Source: an uncultured Acidobacteriota bacterium
GTDB lineage: Bacteria; Acidobacteriota; Thermoanaerobaculia; Multivoradales; UBA5704
Length of the DNA: 64,000 nt
Reading direction: 5' to 3'
Assembly: GCA_963792575.1 (NCBI GenBank)
Contig: CAWBWZ010000021.1
Coordinates: 194,778-258,777, forward strand
Numbering within the stretch: position 1 is the first letter of the stretch; every line of letters begins with the position of its first letter. Below are positions 10,279 to 18,915 of the stretch, piece after piece. The position numbers and the translations under genes were made by a program. The notes below the pieces were generated by a model that was not told where the DNA came from, searched no databases, and saw only the letters and a list, made by a program, of their open reading frames with translations.

Positions 10279-10383
10279 AAGCGCCGACCCACCCAGCCCC
10301 ACCCTGCCCTTGAGTAAGCAGGTGCGGCCCTACGGGCCTCGGTTGCGACAGGGCCGATTGGCAGGCTTAACTCGGTGCCCGAC
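10279..10383. repeat. 105-bp direct repeat, copy 1 (identical by eye to 12984-13088)
   Basis: AAGCGCCGACCCACCCAGCCCCACCCTGCCCTTGAGTAAGCAGGTGCGGCCC...CTCGGTGCCCGAC is present at both positions in the same orientation. Confidence 0.85.
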
Positions 10384-10433
10384 TCGGGCTTGGCGGGCCG
10401 GCCCCAAGGCCAACTCCTCCAAAAGCCCCGTCC

Positions 10434-11341
10434 ATGTTTTCATCCAAGCCACATGACGAACGCCTTGCAGCACTCCTCGACCAGTCTCCTCCCCAGGACT
10501 GGTTTGAGGATCCAATCGTCATCGCGCACTTTCGGCGCATCTTCGAGATGGACATCGCTGTCAAGCGCAGTTTCAAGGAGTGGCGCAAGAAGCTACCTCT
10601 ATTGTTTATTCAATCACGGCGTCGTCATCCGATTCGTATGGCCAATGAGCTTCGGCGATTCTGCCTTGAATACTTTGACCGCGTCGGCCGCTATGGACCT
10701 TATGGCCTTCCCTCATCCTTTAATGTTCTCGAGGCCTTCGTGGAGCTTGATCCCTCGATGCTGGTTTTCGTCCTACGGTCTGATCGCGACCATCTCTTGC
10801 GCTTCAGCCAGTATCTAGACTGGTACACGGCCTCATCGTTTCCAGAGGAGCCACGAAGCCTGCTCGATATCATGGAGGAAGACCTAATATATTCTTACGA
10901 TTTTGTCCTCGGCTCTAATGAGCCTCTACTTGCTGCTGAGAATGCCAAGCTATTTTTGGCTGGTCTATCATTCATCCGGCATGGCAACGAAGTCGCCATG
11001 CTGATGTTGGCCGGCGAGTCGCCGCCGCTACCTGCTGACATGGTGAGCGGAGCCCACTTTGCGCCGATACGGGCGGGGAGCCGATTGGGCCTGCGGAGAG
11101 CTGGACAGAGGACGCCAGACTTCTAGAAGGCATGCCCGATTACAGCAGGATACTACTGGCCTGTCGGTTTGACCTTTCCAGCAGGCTAAATGACGTGCGC
11201 TACGTGCTTCGCGATATCGGCAACGCCTACCAAGTGATTACCGACGACGTTGATATGCGGCGCTTTCGTCACAAAGAAGCCGGTTCCACCAAGAACTATT
11301 CTGAATTGCTGCGGAATGTTAAGAGCCCACTATCGCAATGA
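10434..11341 (+). CDS. Hypothetical protein, probably one gene split by a frameshift near 11060-11130
   Basis: ORFs 10434..11126 and 11132..11341. The frame of the second ORF stays open upstream (..PIGPAESWTEDARLLEGMPDYSR). No recognisable domain. Confidence 0.4.
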
Positions 11342-11428
11342 CTCAGCCGAAGTAACCGCCTCAGAGCGATAGCTTATGAAGTCCGTGATGGGAATTAATT
11401 GTAGGACCTACTTGGCCCACAGAAGTGG

Positions 11429-11746
11429 TCAATGATGATTCTGCCTTTTGCTGATGATGAACACATCAATGATGAACTTTACCCCAAAGGTAGGGAATGC
11501 CAGTATGGTGCTGGCTGAATGGACGAGCCTAGCGGTCTCTCCCTCCATTCCCTGGATGGGAAGTAAATAGGTCAGCCATTGAAAGGCGAAGAGAGCTAAC
11601 CAAAGCGAAGCTGAAATGATGAAATCAAGAAATAGTGCCCGGAGGTATGGAGTCACCTCTCTCTTGAACCCGCCAAAGAACGATCCGCCTCCCGGTGAGG
11701 GAGTTTCCTGATGAAGGCTGGTACCAACTTCGAGTTTTAGCCACAC
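11429..11746 (-). CDS. Small membrane protein (2-3 predicted TM helices)
   Basis: Hydrophobic segments FLDFIISASLWLALFAFQWLTYLL and ILAFPTFGVKFIIDVFII. Start uncertain. Confidence 0.4.
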   Translation of the reverse strand: MWLKLEVGTSLHQETPSPGGGSFFGGFKREVTPYLRALFLDFIISASLWLALFAFQWLTYLLPIQGMEGETARLVHSASTILAFPTFGVKFIIDVFIISKRQNHH

Positions 11747-11825
11747 AGCTCAGTCCTCCTTACCCAACACCGTCTATTGTCCCACGCCTGTGACGGGGCA
11801 CCCGCCCATGATGCGCACTGTGAAT

Positions 11826-11960
11826 CTAGGTGCACCCCTGGACCCGCACATTAGCCCGGAGCCGCTCCTTGCGGTCCGTCAGCCGGTAGTCCCCACGCCT
11901 CGACCGGCCGTCAGGAGCAGCAGAAACGCGGGCAACAACAAAAAGCAATTTACGAAACAT
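11826..11960 (-). CDS. Possible 44-aa small ORF upstream of the membrane protein gene
   Basis: MFRKLLFVVARVSAAPDGRS.., preceded by GGAGAGGAGAG 8 nt upstream. Below the ORF-track size cutoff. No homology evidence. Confidence 0.25.
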   Translation of the reverse strand: MFRKLLFVVARVSAAPDGRSRRGDYRLTDRKERLRANVRVQGCT

Positions 11961-12110
11961 GAGATATCTCTCCTCTCCGGCGGTCCACCACCGCACCACC
12001 ATGGTCCGAGCGGGACCGCTGGTAGGAAGGGTGGCATTTTTTGCGCCGATTTTCGCGTCCTAAGAGGAAGAAAGGTCCGGAAAGCGGAAGAAGAGAGGGC
12101 TAATGTAGAC

Positions 12111-12146
12111 CTTAAGAGAAGGAAAGGGCGCCCACGAGGGCGCCCT
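12111..12146 (-). terminator. Rho-independent-type terminator on the minus strand
   Basis: On the minus strand: AGGGCGCCC-tcgt-GGGCGCCCT followed by TTCCTTCTCTT. It lies just downstream of a 37-aa minus-strand ORF (12173-12286). Confidence 0.4.
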
Positions 12147-12349
12147 ACAGCCGGTTTTATCGCCGAGACGACTTAGAACCGGGTCGTGCCCGGGTTCATC
12201 GAGGTGCCACTGGCGCCGACCGTGGTCTGCACACCCAGGTACTCCTGGACGATCGTCGGCAGGGTCTGCTCCAGCCAGTTGGCCATCTCCTGCTCGTCGT
12301 GGAGGGTCCCATCTCATGGCTAACACCGGTCCTTCCATTGGCCGAGCGG

Positions 12350-12870
12350 CGCCCCTGCCGGCCAGCGCCGCGCGCCTACGCTCTCGTGCGCTGCGCGACG
12401 CGCCCGCTCACGACCACCTGCGCCCACCAGCTCGCCGGGTCAGCGGCGACCCTGCCGGGCAGCGCCGCACGCCTGCGCTCTCGTGCACTGCACTACGCGC
12501 CCGCTCACGACTACCTGCGCCCACCAGCTCGCTGGGTCAGCGGCGACCCCTGCCGGGCAGCGCCGCGCGCCTACGCTCTCGTGCGCTGCGCGACGCGCCC
12601 GCTCACGACCACCTGCGCCCACCAGCTCGCCGGGTCAGCGGCGACCCTGCCGGGCAGCGCCGCACGCCTGCGCTCTCGTGCACTGCACTACGCGCCCGCT
12701 CACGACCACCTGCGCCCACCAACTCGCTGGGCCAGCGGCGACCCCTGCCGGGCAGCGCCGCACGCCTGCGCTCTCGTGCGCTCCACTACGCCTCGGCTCA
12801 CGACCACCAGGGCCTCCCGGCTCGTCGGGCCAGCGGCGACCCTACCGGTCAGCGCCGGCCGCCTGTGTAC
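12350..12870. repeat. 97/98-bp tandem repeat, about 5.3 copies, with alternating A/B subtypes (195-bp higher-order unit)
   Basis: CAGCGCCGC recurs at 12363, 12460, 12558, 12655, 12753 and 12850. Copies 1 and 3 look identical, and so do copies 2 and 4. Confidence 0.85.
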
Positions 12871-12924
12871 TCGGTTCCGCAAGGCTGCACCGAACTGCTG
12901 TTCACCCTCTCATTCAAGTCGGAG

Positions 12925-12982
12925 ATTTTCCACCGGCCCGCCAGGGCCGCACCAGCTAACCAAAGGGGGGTGGGGGATCGCC
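12925..12982. repeat. 58-bp perfect inverted repeat, left arm (partner 13257-13314)
   Basis: ATTTTCCACCGGCCCGCCAGGGCCGCACCAGCTAACCAAAGGGGGGTGGGGGATCGCC. Its exact reverse complement is at 13257-13314. Confidence 0.85.
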
Positions 12983-12983
12983 T

Positions 12984-13088
12984 AAGCGCCGACCCACCCA
13001 GCCCCACCCTGCCCTTGAGTAAGCAGGTGCGGCCCTACGGGCCTCGGTTGCGACAGGGCCGATTGGCAGGCTTAACTCGGTGCCCGAC
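12984..13088. repeat. 105-bp direct repeat, copy 2
   Basis: Identical by eye to 10279-10383. Confidence 0.85.
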
Positions 13089-13096
13089 GGCTGCGT

Positions 13097-13143
13097 CCGG
13101 CTCAAAGGGTGAAGCGGAGGTCCGAAGGCGACTCCGGTCCGTT
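13097..13143. repeat. 47-bp repeat, inverted copy of 9974-10020
   Basis: CCGGCTCAAAGGGTGAAGCGGAGGTCCGAAGGCGACTCCGGTCCGTT. Confidence 0.8.
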
Positions 13144-13256
13144 CCGCAAGCTGCGCCGGACTGCTGCCCACCCTCTCATGCGAGTCGAAGTGCCCCACCC
13201 GGAGAAGCTCCGGCTCAGCTCCGAAACCGGAGTCGCTCGCAGCCTCTCCTTTGAGG

Positions 13257-13314
13257 GGCGATCCCCCACCCCCCTTTGGTTAGCTGGTGCGGCCCTGGCG
13301 GGCCGGTGGAAAAT
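13257..13314. repeat. 58-bp perfect inverted repeat, right arm
   Basis: Reverse complement of 12925-12982. The spacer is 274 bp. Confidence 0.85.
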
Positions 13315-13328
13315 CGGGAGCGAGCCAG

Positions 13329-13540
13329 TGCTATGTGCTACGCGGCTACGCCGCGAAGCACATAGCAGCTCGCCCGCATTCGCGCTTCGCGCTCAAGCGG
13401 GAAATGCGCTCTATTCCTAGCTGATCGCACTCTGTCTCACGCAATGTTAAGTCTTCCCAGGTTGGCTCTCGACAACTCACTTTATGTCGTCTGACAGGGA
13501 TCATTGACAGGCAATTCAGCGGTTTTTAGAATCGACGGCT
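13329..13540 (+). promoter_or_regulatory. Candidate oriT / mob promoter region
   Basis: An 18-bp-arm hairpin (13329-13346 / 13350-13367, 1 mismatch, 3-nt loop) lies directly upstream of mobC-relaxase. This is the usual position of oriT in MobC/relaxase modules. The nic site was not identified. Confidence 0.3.
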
Positions 13541-13867
13541 GTGAGCGCCGATCCCAATTTGCCACCCGCCGAACCGCCGCACCGAACGGTCATCCGTTCC
13601 TCCCGTTTCACCCCTGAGGAGTGGAAGACGGTGCAACAACGGGCAGCCACGGCCGGCCTGTCGCCCTCGCGCTTCCTTCGCTCGGTCGCTTTGGGAGCGC
13701 CTCTTGGACGGCGCGTCAACGCCGAGGCTGCGCTCGCCCTCAATCGCGTCGGCGTCAACCTCAACAATCTGATCCGGCTGGCCATCCGCACCTCTCAGCC
13801 CTTCGTCGCCGCGGACGTTAACGCCCTCCTCGATCAACTGCGCGACCGCCTGCGCGATCTGCTGTGA
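13541..13867 (+). CDS. mobC: MobC-family relaxosome accessory protein
   Basis: RFTPEEWKTVQQRAATAGLSPSRFLRSVALG matches the MobC pattern (R.T.EE...l...A...G.S.S.flR..alg). GTG start. The stop overlaps the relaxase start (GTGA). Confidence 0.75.
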   Translation: MSADPNLPPAEPPHRTVIRSSRFTPEEWKTVQQRAATAGLSPSRFLRSVALGAPLGRRVNAEAALALNRVGVNLNNLIRLAIRTSQPFVAADVNALLDQLRDRLRDLL

Positions 13868-15627
13868 TCGGTAAAACGCATAGCGGCGCCGGATTCGGCG
13901 GCTTGACCCACTATCTTTTGACAGGAAAGAAGGACGACCCCCGTCCCGATCGGGTGCTGTGGACCTCCACCCGCGAGCTGGCGCTGGAGGACCCCCGCGA
14001 GGCTGCTGTCCTGATGCGCGCCACCGCCGCCCTGGGACAAACGGACAAACCCGTCCAGCACCTCTCCATCTCACTGGCACCCGGCGAGCACCTCACCCGC
14101 GACCAGTGGGAGCAGGTTATCGATACCACCATGCGCGACCTCGGCCTCGAAGGTCATCAAGCCCTCATCGTCGCCCACCAGGACACCGCCCAAGAGCACA
14201 TCCATCTGATGGTCAACCGCGTTCACCCTGAGACCTACCGGGCGTGGGACCGATGGCAGGACAGGCCCCGCTTGATGGCATCTCTACGACCCCAGGAACT
14301 AGCGCTGGGCCTCAAGCCCACCCCGCACCTCAAAAACTCCGACCGCTTACCCGACGGAATGGTCCAGCAGTTTGAGCGCACCGGCGAGCCCCCCTTACTG
14401 GACTTCGCCCGAGCCGCAGCCCGGCCGATCTTCCTACAGGCCGACTCCTGGAGTGACCTGCACGAGCGACTGGCCGAAAACGGCTTGTATTTGGAGCGCA
14501 AAGGTCAGGGACTTGTCATTAGCGACGACCACCGCCACATCAAGGCTTCCTCCGTCGACCGCTCCGCCTCCCTACGCGCCTTGGAATCACGGCTCGGCCC
14601 CTATCAGGAGCGCGGGCCGTTGCTCCAGCAGATTGAACGCACCCTGCACGCCAACATCCGCGAGCGCGAGCTCGCCGCCGAGCTGGCCCCCCTTCGTTCC
14701 GCCTATCAAGAAAGGACCCTCGCTGTAGCCGCCCGCGACATGGCCGCCTCTCACCTGGACCATGCGGGAAAGGTGCTCCACCGCGCCGCCGAAGTTGCTT
14801 ATCGCGACCCCGCCGAAGCCTCCCGTCGCTACCTTTCCCGTCTACAGGGCGGGGGTGCTCCAGACGTCGCGCCCATTGATTTGGGACCTCTCAACGGCTC
14901 CGTCCTCCGCACGGGCCGCTTTTACCTACCGCTCGGAGCCTACGGAGAGCGGGCTTTCAAGGTTGCGGTCGAACAGATTCCAAGCCTCGGCGCCAATTAC
15001 CAGAATGCGTATGCGGGGCTTGCGCGCACCAATGACCACCTCGAAACCGTCGGCAGACGGCTGGAGCAGTTGGAGCAGAGATTTCAACCTCAGCTTGAGG
15101 AGCTTCGCCACCTCGAAGCTCGCTCCAAGCCCCTTGACCTGGCTGAGGGCGTGATGTCCTTGCGCCCCCGGGATCAGATCACCTTGGCCCGGAAACACGG
15201 CGCCGAAGTTTTAGAACGCGCCGCAAAGAACGCTCCCGCGCATTCCACCCGAACGGTCGCCGCCCGCCAGCAGTGGATGAAGAGCTTGTCCCCTTCGCTC
15301 GACCGTGCCCTGGATCGACAGCTCGCCCGGCGCGGCATTCCGGCACCGGTCCCTGGTCGGTCTGCAGCGTGGTTAGAGACTGCCCTAGACCGTGGGCTCC
15401 GGCCCGCTCACGCTCTACAAGCCTTGGCTCGGGTTGGCGTTCCACTGGCCGAAAACCTCCGCGCTACCTCGCACGCACTCGCCTTTACTCGCGGGGTGGT
15501 GAGCCACTCGGTTAAAACCGCCGCTCTGCTGACCGCCAGGGCCTTGGGTGTGCCAACCTTGCCCCTCAGACTCGCCTCCCTCTCGTGGTCCTTGGCTCGC
15601 GACTTGGTGCGTGCGCTCTCGCGATAA
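13864..15627 (+). CDS. Relaxase / mobilisation nuclease (MobA/VirD2 family)
   Basis: N-terminal relaxase domain with the histidine triad HQDTAQEHIHLMVNRV and an early YLL Tyr region. Intact 587-aa ORF coupled to mobC. Confidence 0.8.
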   Translation: MIGKTHSGAGFGGLTHYLLTGKKDDPRPDRVLWTSTRELALEDPREAAVLMRATAALGQTDKPVQHLSISLAPGEHLTRDQWEQVIDTTMRDLGLEGHQALIVAHQDTAQEHIHLMVNRVHPETYRAWDRWQDRPRLMASLRPQELALGLKPTPHLKNSDRLPDGMVQQFERTGEPPLLDFARAAARPIFLQADSWSDLHERLAENGLYLERKGQGLVISDDHRHIKASSVDRSASLRALESRLGPYQERGPLLQQIERTLHANIRERELAAELAPLRSAYQERTLAVAARDMAASHLDHAGKVLHRAAEVAYRDPAEASRRYLSRLQGGGAPDVAPIDLGPLNGSVLRTGRFYLPLGAYGERAFKVAVEQIPSLGANYQNAYAGLARTNDHLETVGRRLEQLEQRFQPQLEELRHLEARSKPLDLAEGVMSLRPRDQITLARKHGAEVLERAAKNAPAHSTRTVAARQQWMKSLSPSLDRALDRQLARRGIPAPVPGRSAAWLETALDRGLRPAHALQALARVGVPLAENLRATSHALAFTRGVVSHSVKTAALLTARALGVPTLPLRLASLSWSLARDLVRALSR

Positions 15628-15659
15628 CTGTCAGCTAGAGCTGTGAAAGACTACGAACG

Positions 15660-15986
15660 ATGACAAGCCAACGTCCAAAACCGTGGCGTCAACTCCTGGA
15701 ATCTGGTTTCGAAACTCGGCTCTACGCCATTGAAGATTTACCGACAGGGAAGCGACGAGTCCTCCTCGAGAACTCCGCGTGGCATCCTAACCAATGGGCG
15801 GTTGTTTGGTTCTTGCGAGACCTGGACTCGGAGCAGCTCTACCGAATTACGATCTTTAAGAACCGTCAGACCGGAGGCTATGGTCCTGTGAGCGATCTCG
15901 CTGATGTAGCCCCAGGAACGAGCTTGACCATCGAGATTCATCAAAACCGAACGGGGACCTTCCGAATCCAGAACACACAGCTTTAG
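15660..15986 (+). CDS. Hypothetical protein (108 aa)
   Basis: Intact ORF directly after the relaxase. No recognisable domain. Confidence 0.45.
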   Translation: MTSQRPKPWRQLLESGFETRLYAIEDLPTGKRRVLLENSAWHPNQWAVVWFLRDLDSEQLYRITIFKNRQTGGYGPVSDLADVAPGTSLTIEIHQNRTGTFRIQNTQL

Positions 15987-15993
15987 CTGGGAA

Positions 15994-16590
15994 TCAGGAT
16001 GGGCTACTGCGCTGCCCGGCGCTCATTCTGTGTTCTTGGGCGGGGTTTGCGACTTGGGCCAAATACGTTTCACGGTCGAGTCCATAACACAGCATCTCCC
16101 GACCGAGAAGGCTGCTGCGGCTTAACAGTCTTTCGCCAATCCTTTCAGCCACGCGGATCGAGGCCCGATTCTCCGGATCAATCATGCTGATGACGCGGTC
16201 CCTCTTTAAGTCATTGAAGGCATAGGCCAGAGCCTCCCTTGCGCCCTCCGTGGCGTAGCCATGACCCCACCAGCGCCGCGCCAGAGTCCAGGCCAGCTCG
16301 AAGCCGGGCCAACCCTCAGGCGCCCCAAAACCGACGATCCCGAGAAATGAGCCTGTCTCTTTGTGCTCGATCGCCCACATCCCGGCTCCCACGAGTTGCC
16401 AATGGCCCAGAAGGAAGGCCAGATGACGCCAAGATCGCCCACGGTCCCACGGTATTCCTCCGCTTCCCACCAGATAGCGCAACACTTCAGGGTCCGCCTT
16501 CATCGCGGCATAGTCCTCATAGTCGCTCTGCCGAAGACTCCGCAGCCGAAGGCGTTCCGTCTCTCGGGAAGGAACTTCTAATACGCCCAT
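15994..16590 (-). CDS. GNAT N-acetyltransferase (RimJ/RimL-like, Acetyltransf_3 type)
   Basis: ERLRLRSLRQSDYEDY..FLGIVGF..ELAWTLARRWWGHGYATEGAREAL..IDPENRASIRVAERIG. The start is at internal Met 16590, with RBS GAGGAA. Confidence 0.75.
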   Translation of the reverse strand: MGVLEVPSRETERLRLRSLRQSDYEDYAAMKADPEVLRYLVGSGGIPWDRGRSWRHLAFLLGHWQLVGAGMWAIEHKETGSFLGIVGFGAPEGWPGFELAWTLARRWWGHGYATEGAREALAYAFNDLKRDRVISMIDPENRASIRVAERIGERLLSRSSLLGREMLCYGLDRETYLAQVANPAQEHRMSAGQRSSPS

Positions 16591-16716
16591 TGTTTCCTCT
16601 TTTGGCCGTGAGAAAAAGGGCGCGGGGGACCCGTTGCCAGCAGCCCCCCGCGAGGATAAGAGGTAGTCCACGCGCCTTGAGCCTTTACTTTCACTCCTGG
16701 ATGATTCCGCGCCTTC

Positions 16717-17346
16717 TCATTTCTTCTTTCTCGGCACGGCGTCATGAATTCGCCTCCTAATCAGGGTTGCAAGGAGAGCGAATTGCGCCTCGTCTTCTCT
16801 CTCGGATGGGCTCTGATCTTCCATCCGGACAAAAGTCCGAATAATTACCTCCCTCAAATTAATGACCGCTTCTTTTGCGTTCCCTCCCTCTGCCGAGAGA
16901 CCGGAATCATCGAGAGAAGCCCGAAGCGGCCTATTTGAGGGATCCACCAGAACCGCAATAGGCCGAAGCAAATCGAAATCGGGCCCCGGAAGACCATTAA
17001 TATAGAACGTCCGCAAAGGGGGATTACGCCTTAGCTCCTTTTGCATCCGCTTTAGCTTAGCCCCCGCCTTTGCGAGTTCTTCGCCCGCGCTTTCTAATTC
17101 TTCCATCAATGCACTGAACCACTCGTTAGCTGGCTCTCGCACCTCTTCAATGCTGGAGTGGTATTCGCGCCACGCCCGCTTAAGCTCTTTGATAGACTCC
17201 GGAGGAAACCTGCGGCGCTCCCCATCCATCAGAGTAGGGATTCTGTCGCCGTAGTGCTCTAACAAAATGGCTAACTCCTTCTGCGGGATTCCCGTCTCCC
17301 GGACGATTTCGGCTCCTGAATGAATTTTGCGCTGCGCTACGCTCAT
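16717..17346 (-). CDS. Hypothetical protein: MerR-like HTH N-terminus, coiled coil, HicB-like C-terminal segment (tentative)
   Basis: ETGIPQKELAILLEHYGDRIPTLMDGERRRFPPESIKELKRAW resembles a MerR-type HTH. It is the last gene of a four-gene overlapping operon. Confidence 0.5.
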   Translation of the reverse strand: MSVAQRKIHSGAEIVRETGIPQKELAILLEHYGDRIPTLMDGERRRFPPESIKELKRAWREYHSSIEEVREPANEWFSALMEELESAGEELAKAGAKLKRMQKELRRNPPLRTFYINGLPGPDFDLLRPIAVLVDPSNRPLRASLDDSGLSAEGGNAKEAVINLREVIIRTFVRMEDQSPSEREDEAQFALLATLIRRRIHDAVPRKKK

Positions 17347-17708
17347 TCGTTTCCCTCGCGGCTTATTAGCCGATTTCCCTCAGCCCAAAACGCCACGAGT
17401 GCATTGTCCGGCTCAGGCCGATCGTGCAGCGGCCGATAATCCCCGCAGAAATAGCCCCCTCCTACAATGAAGGCGTGTTCTTTCTCCCTAACCTGTCCCT
17501 GGAATCGCCTCACTAAGCTCATGCCTTTCCTTTCGGGTCGTATTGCGAATTTTAAGCAAATCCCTTCTGATTCGTCTGCATGGGTTGGCGAGTAATGACC
17601 ACAGTTCATACACAGCCGCCCATAGGCTTTCAGCAAATCTACTTTCCCCGATTCCATTTCTTGGGCGGGGTCTCTGCACTCGGGACATCGACATGCGCGC
17701 TCACTCAT
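17343..17708 (-). CDS. Cys-rich zinc-ribbon-like protein
   Basis: CRCPEC...CMNCGH four-Cys pattern. ATGA overlaps with both neighbouring genes. Confidence 0.5.
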   Translation of the reverse strand: MSERACRCPECRDPAQEMESGKVDLLKAYGRLCMNCGHYSPTHADESEGICLKFAIRPERKGMSLVRRFQGQVREKEHAFIVGGGYFCGDYRPLHDRPEPDNALVAFWAEGNRLISREGNE

Positions 17709-18148
17709 GACTGTGAATCCTCATTCGGCGCTGAGAGGGTTGTAGCAACTTGCCTCCAACTCGTTTTGTTTATCTGGAGAGCGCTCCGCATACGTGTTTC
17801 CAACTGAGCCCCAAAGAGACCCATCACCTCCATAATGATTTTGGCAAAGGCTTCCTGCTCTCCTTTGCCGATCAGCGCTCCGGACTCTGCCGTTAACAGC
17901 ACCCGCTCCAGAATGTGATCCTCTGTCCCTATATGATCTAGAAAGTCTGTCAGATAGAAGAGCACCATAGGACGAACGTTCAAGGCTTCCAGAAGCTTTT
18001 CCAACGAATCCAGCTTAGGAAGCTCTCTCCCGTTTTCGTATTTTGAGAGCTGACTCTTCCCGATCTTTGCCTTCTGTGCCAAGACCGCTTGGCTGGTCCC
18101 GCTGAGTTCCCGGAGCACCCTAAGCGCTATGCCGACTCGGCCGAACAT
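17705..18148 (-). CDS. XRE-family HTH transcriptional regulator
   Basis: LRVLRELSGTSQAVLAQKAKIGKSQLSKYENGRELPKLDSLEKLLEAL is a canonical Cro/C1-type HTH. Confidence 0.8.
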   Translation of the reverse strand: MFGRVGIALRVLRELSGTSQAVLAQKAKIGKSQLSKYENGRELPKLDSLEKLLEALNVRPMVLFYLTDFLDHIGTEDHILERVLLTAESGALIGKGEQEAFAKIIMEVMGLFGAQLETRMRSALQINKTSWRQVATTLSAPNEDSQS

Positions 18149-18633
18149 GAGTCTTCTTGCTCGCTTTCCGATTCGGCGAGCGCCTTTCGTAGGTCAAGCA
18201 GTGCCGGGCCAATGTAGTCCTTCAGGAGACAGCCGATCACTGCCCGCAGTTCCATTGCCACGTCCATCCCTTCGACGTCCATAAGTCGAACGGGCTCAGC
18301 AGCAGGCTCCGGGAGAATGCCCTGGATTCCAAGCATTGTTAGCTGAAGGGTCTCCAAGCCGTCTTCGACCTTATGAAGTTGCCTTTGAGCGGTGGTCAAC
18401 GGTGTCACGCTCCCGCATGACAGGTCGGGGCTCTCACTGGCGAAGCTCCAGAGCCTTCGAGTCTCCCGGCTACAGACCGGACAGCCCCTGAGCAGGTGGC
18501 GGACCACGGCCCGCGTCTCCGATGGGGGAAGTCTGCATGCCACGAAGCTCCCAAGGTCCTCCTTAGTCGGATGGGTGCCCACTTCACCGGCCTGCGGTTC
18601 GCCCTCCCCGTTTTCCTCCTCCCCAGATTTCAT
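18127..18633 (-). CDS. Putative zf-HC2 (anti-sigma-like) zinc-finger protein
   Basis: EDLGSFVACRLPPSETRAVVRHLLRGCPVCSRE matches the H-x3-C-x2-C anti-sigma zinc-finger pattern. The start is at Met 18633, with RBS GGGAGGG. It overlaps the XRE gene by 22 nt. Confidence 0.5.
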   Translation of the reverse strand: MKSGEEENGEGEPQAGEVGTHPTKEDLGSFVACRLPPSETRAVVRHLLRGCPVCSRETRRLWSFASESPDLSCGSVTPLTTAQRQLHKVEDGLETLQLTMLGIQGILPEPAAEPVRLMDVEGMDVAMELRAVIGCLLKDYIGPALLDLRKALAESESEQEDSCSAESA

Positions 18634-18915
18634 AGCCCTCCCTGGGCTGAGCAAAGCCTCGGAAAACTTGGTTAAGGTGTAGGTATTAAGCAATATCCAC
18701 AAGAACACGCAGGCCCCCTTTAGCCTTTCTATGGCCTTTACTCACCGTGGGTGTCACGAAAAGGCGTCCTGCGGTAACAAAGTATTTAGGGGCAGTTGCT
18801 GTGCTGGTGCGCGTACTCGCTGAGGTGATGAAACTTCACGTAGACGTCGGGGAGCGCAAACCGGTCCGGGACGCACTCACGAATTAAGAGGTTTCGTCGA
18901 GGAGAAGAATACTTA

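Noticed and set aside
12299-13254. 228-aa and 312-aa ORFs across the 97/98-bp tandem repeat.
   Set aside because: The protein sequences are just the repeat translated in two frames (..RPLTTTCAHQLAGSAATLPGSAARLRSRAL..). They have no start context and overlap each other.
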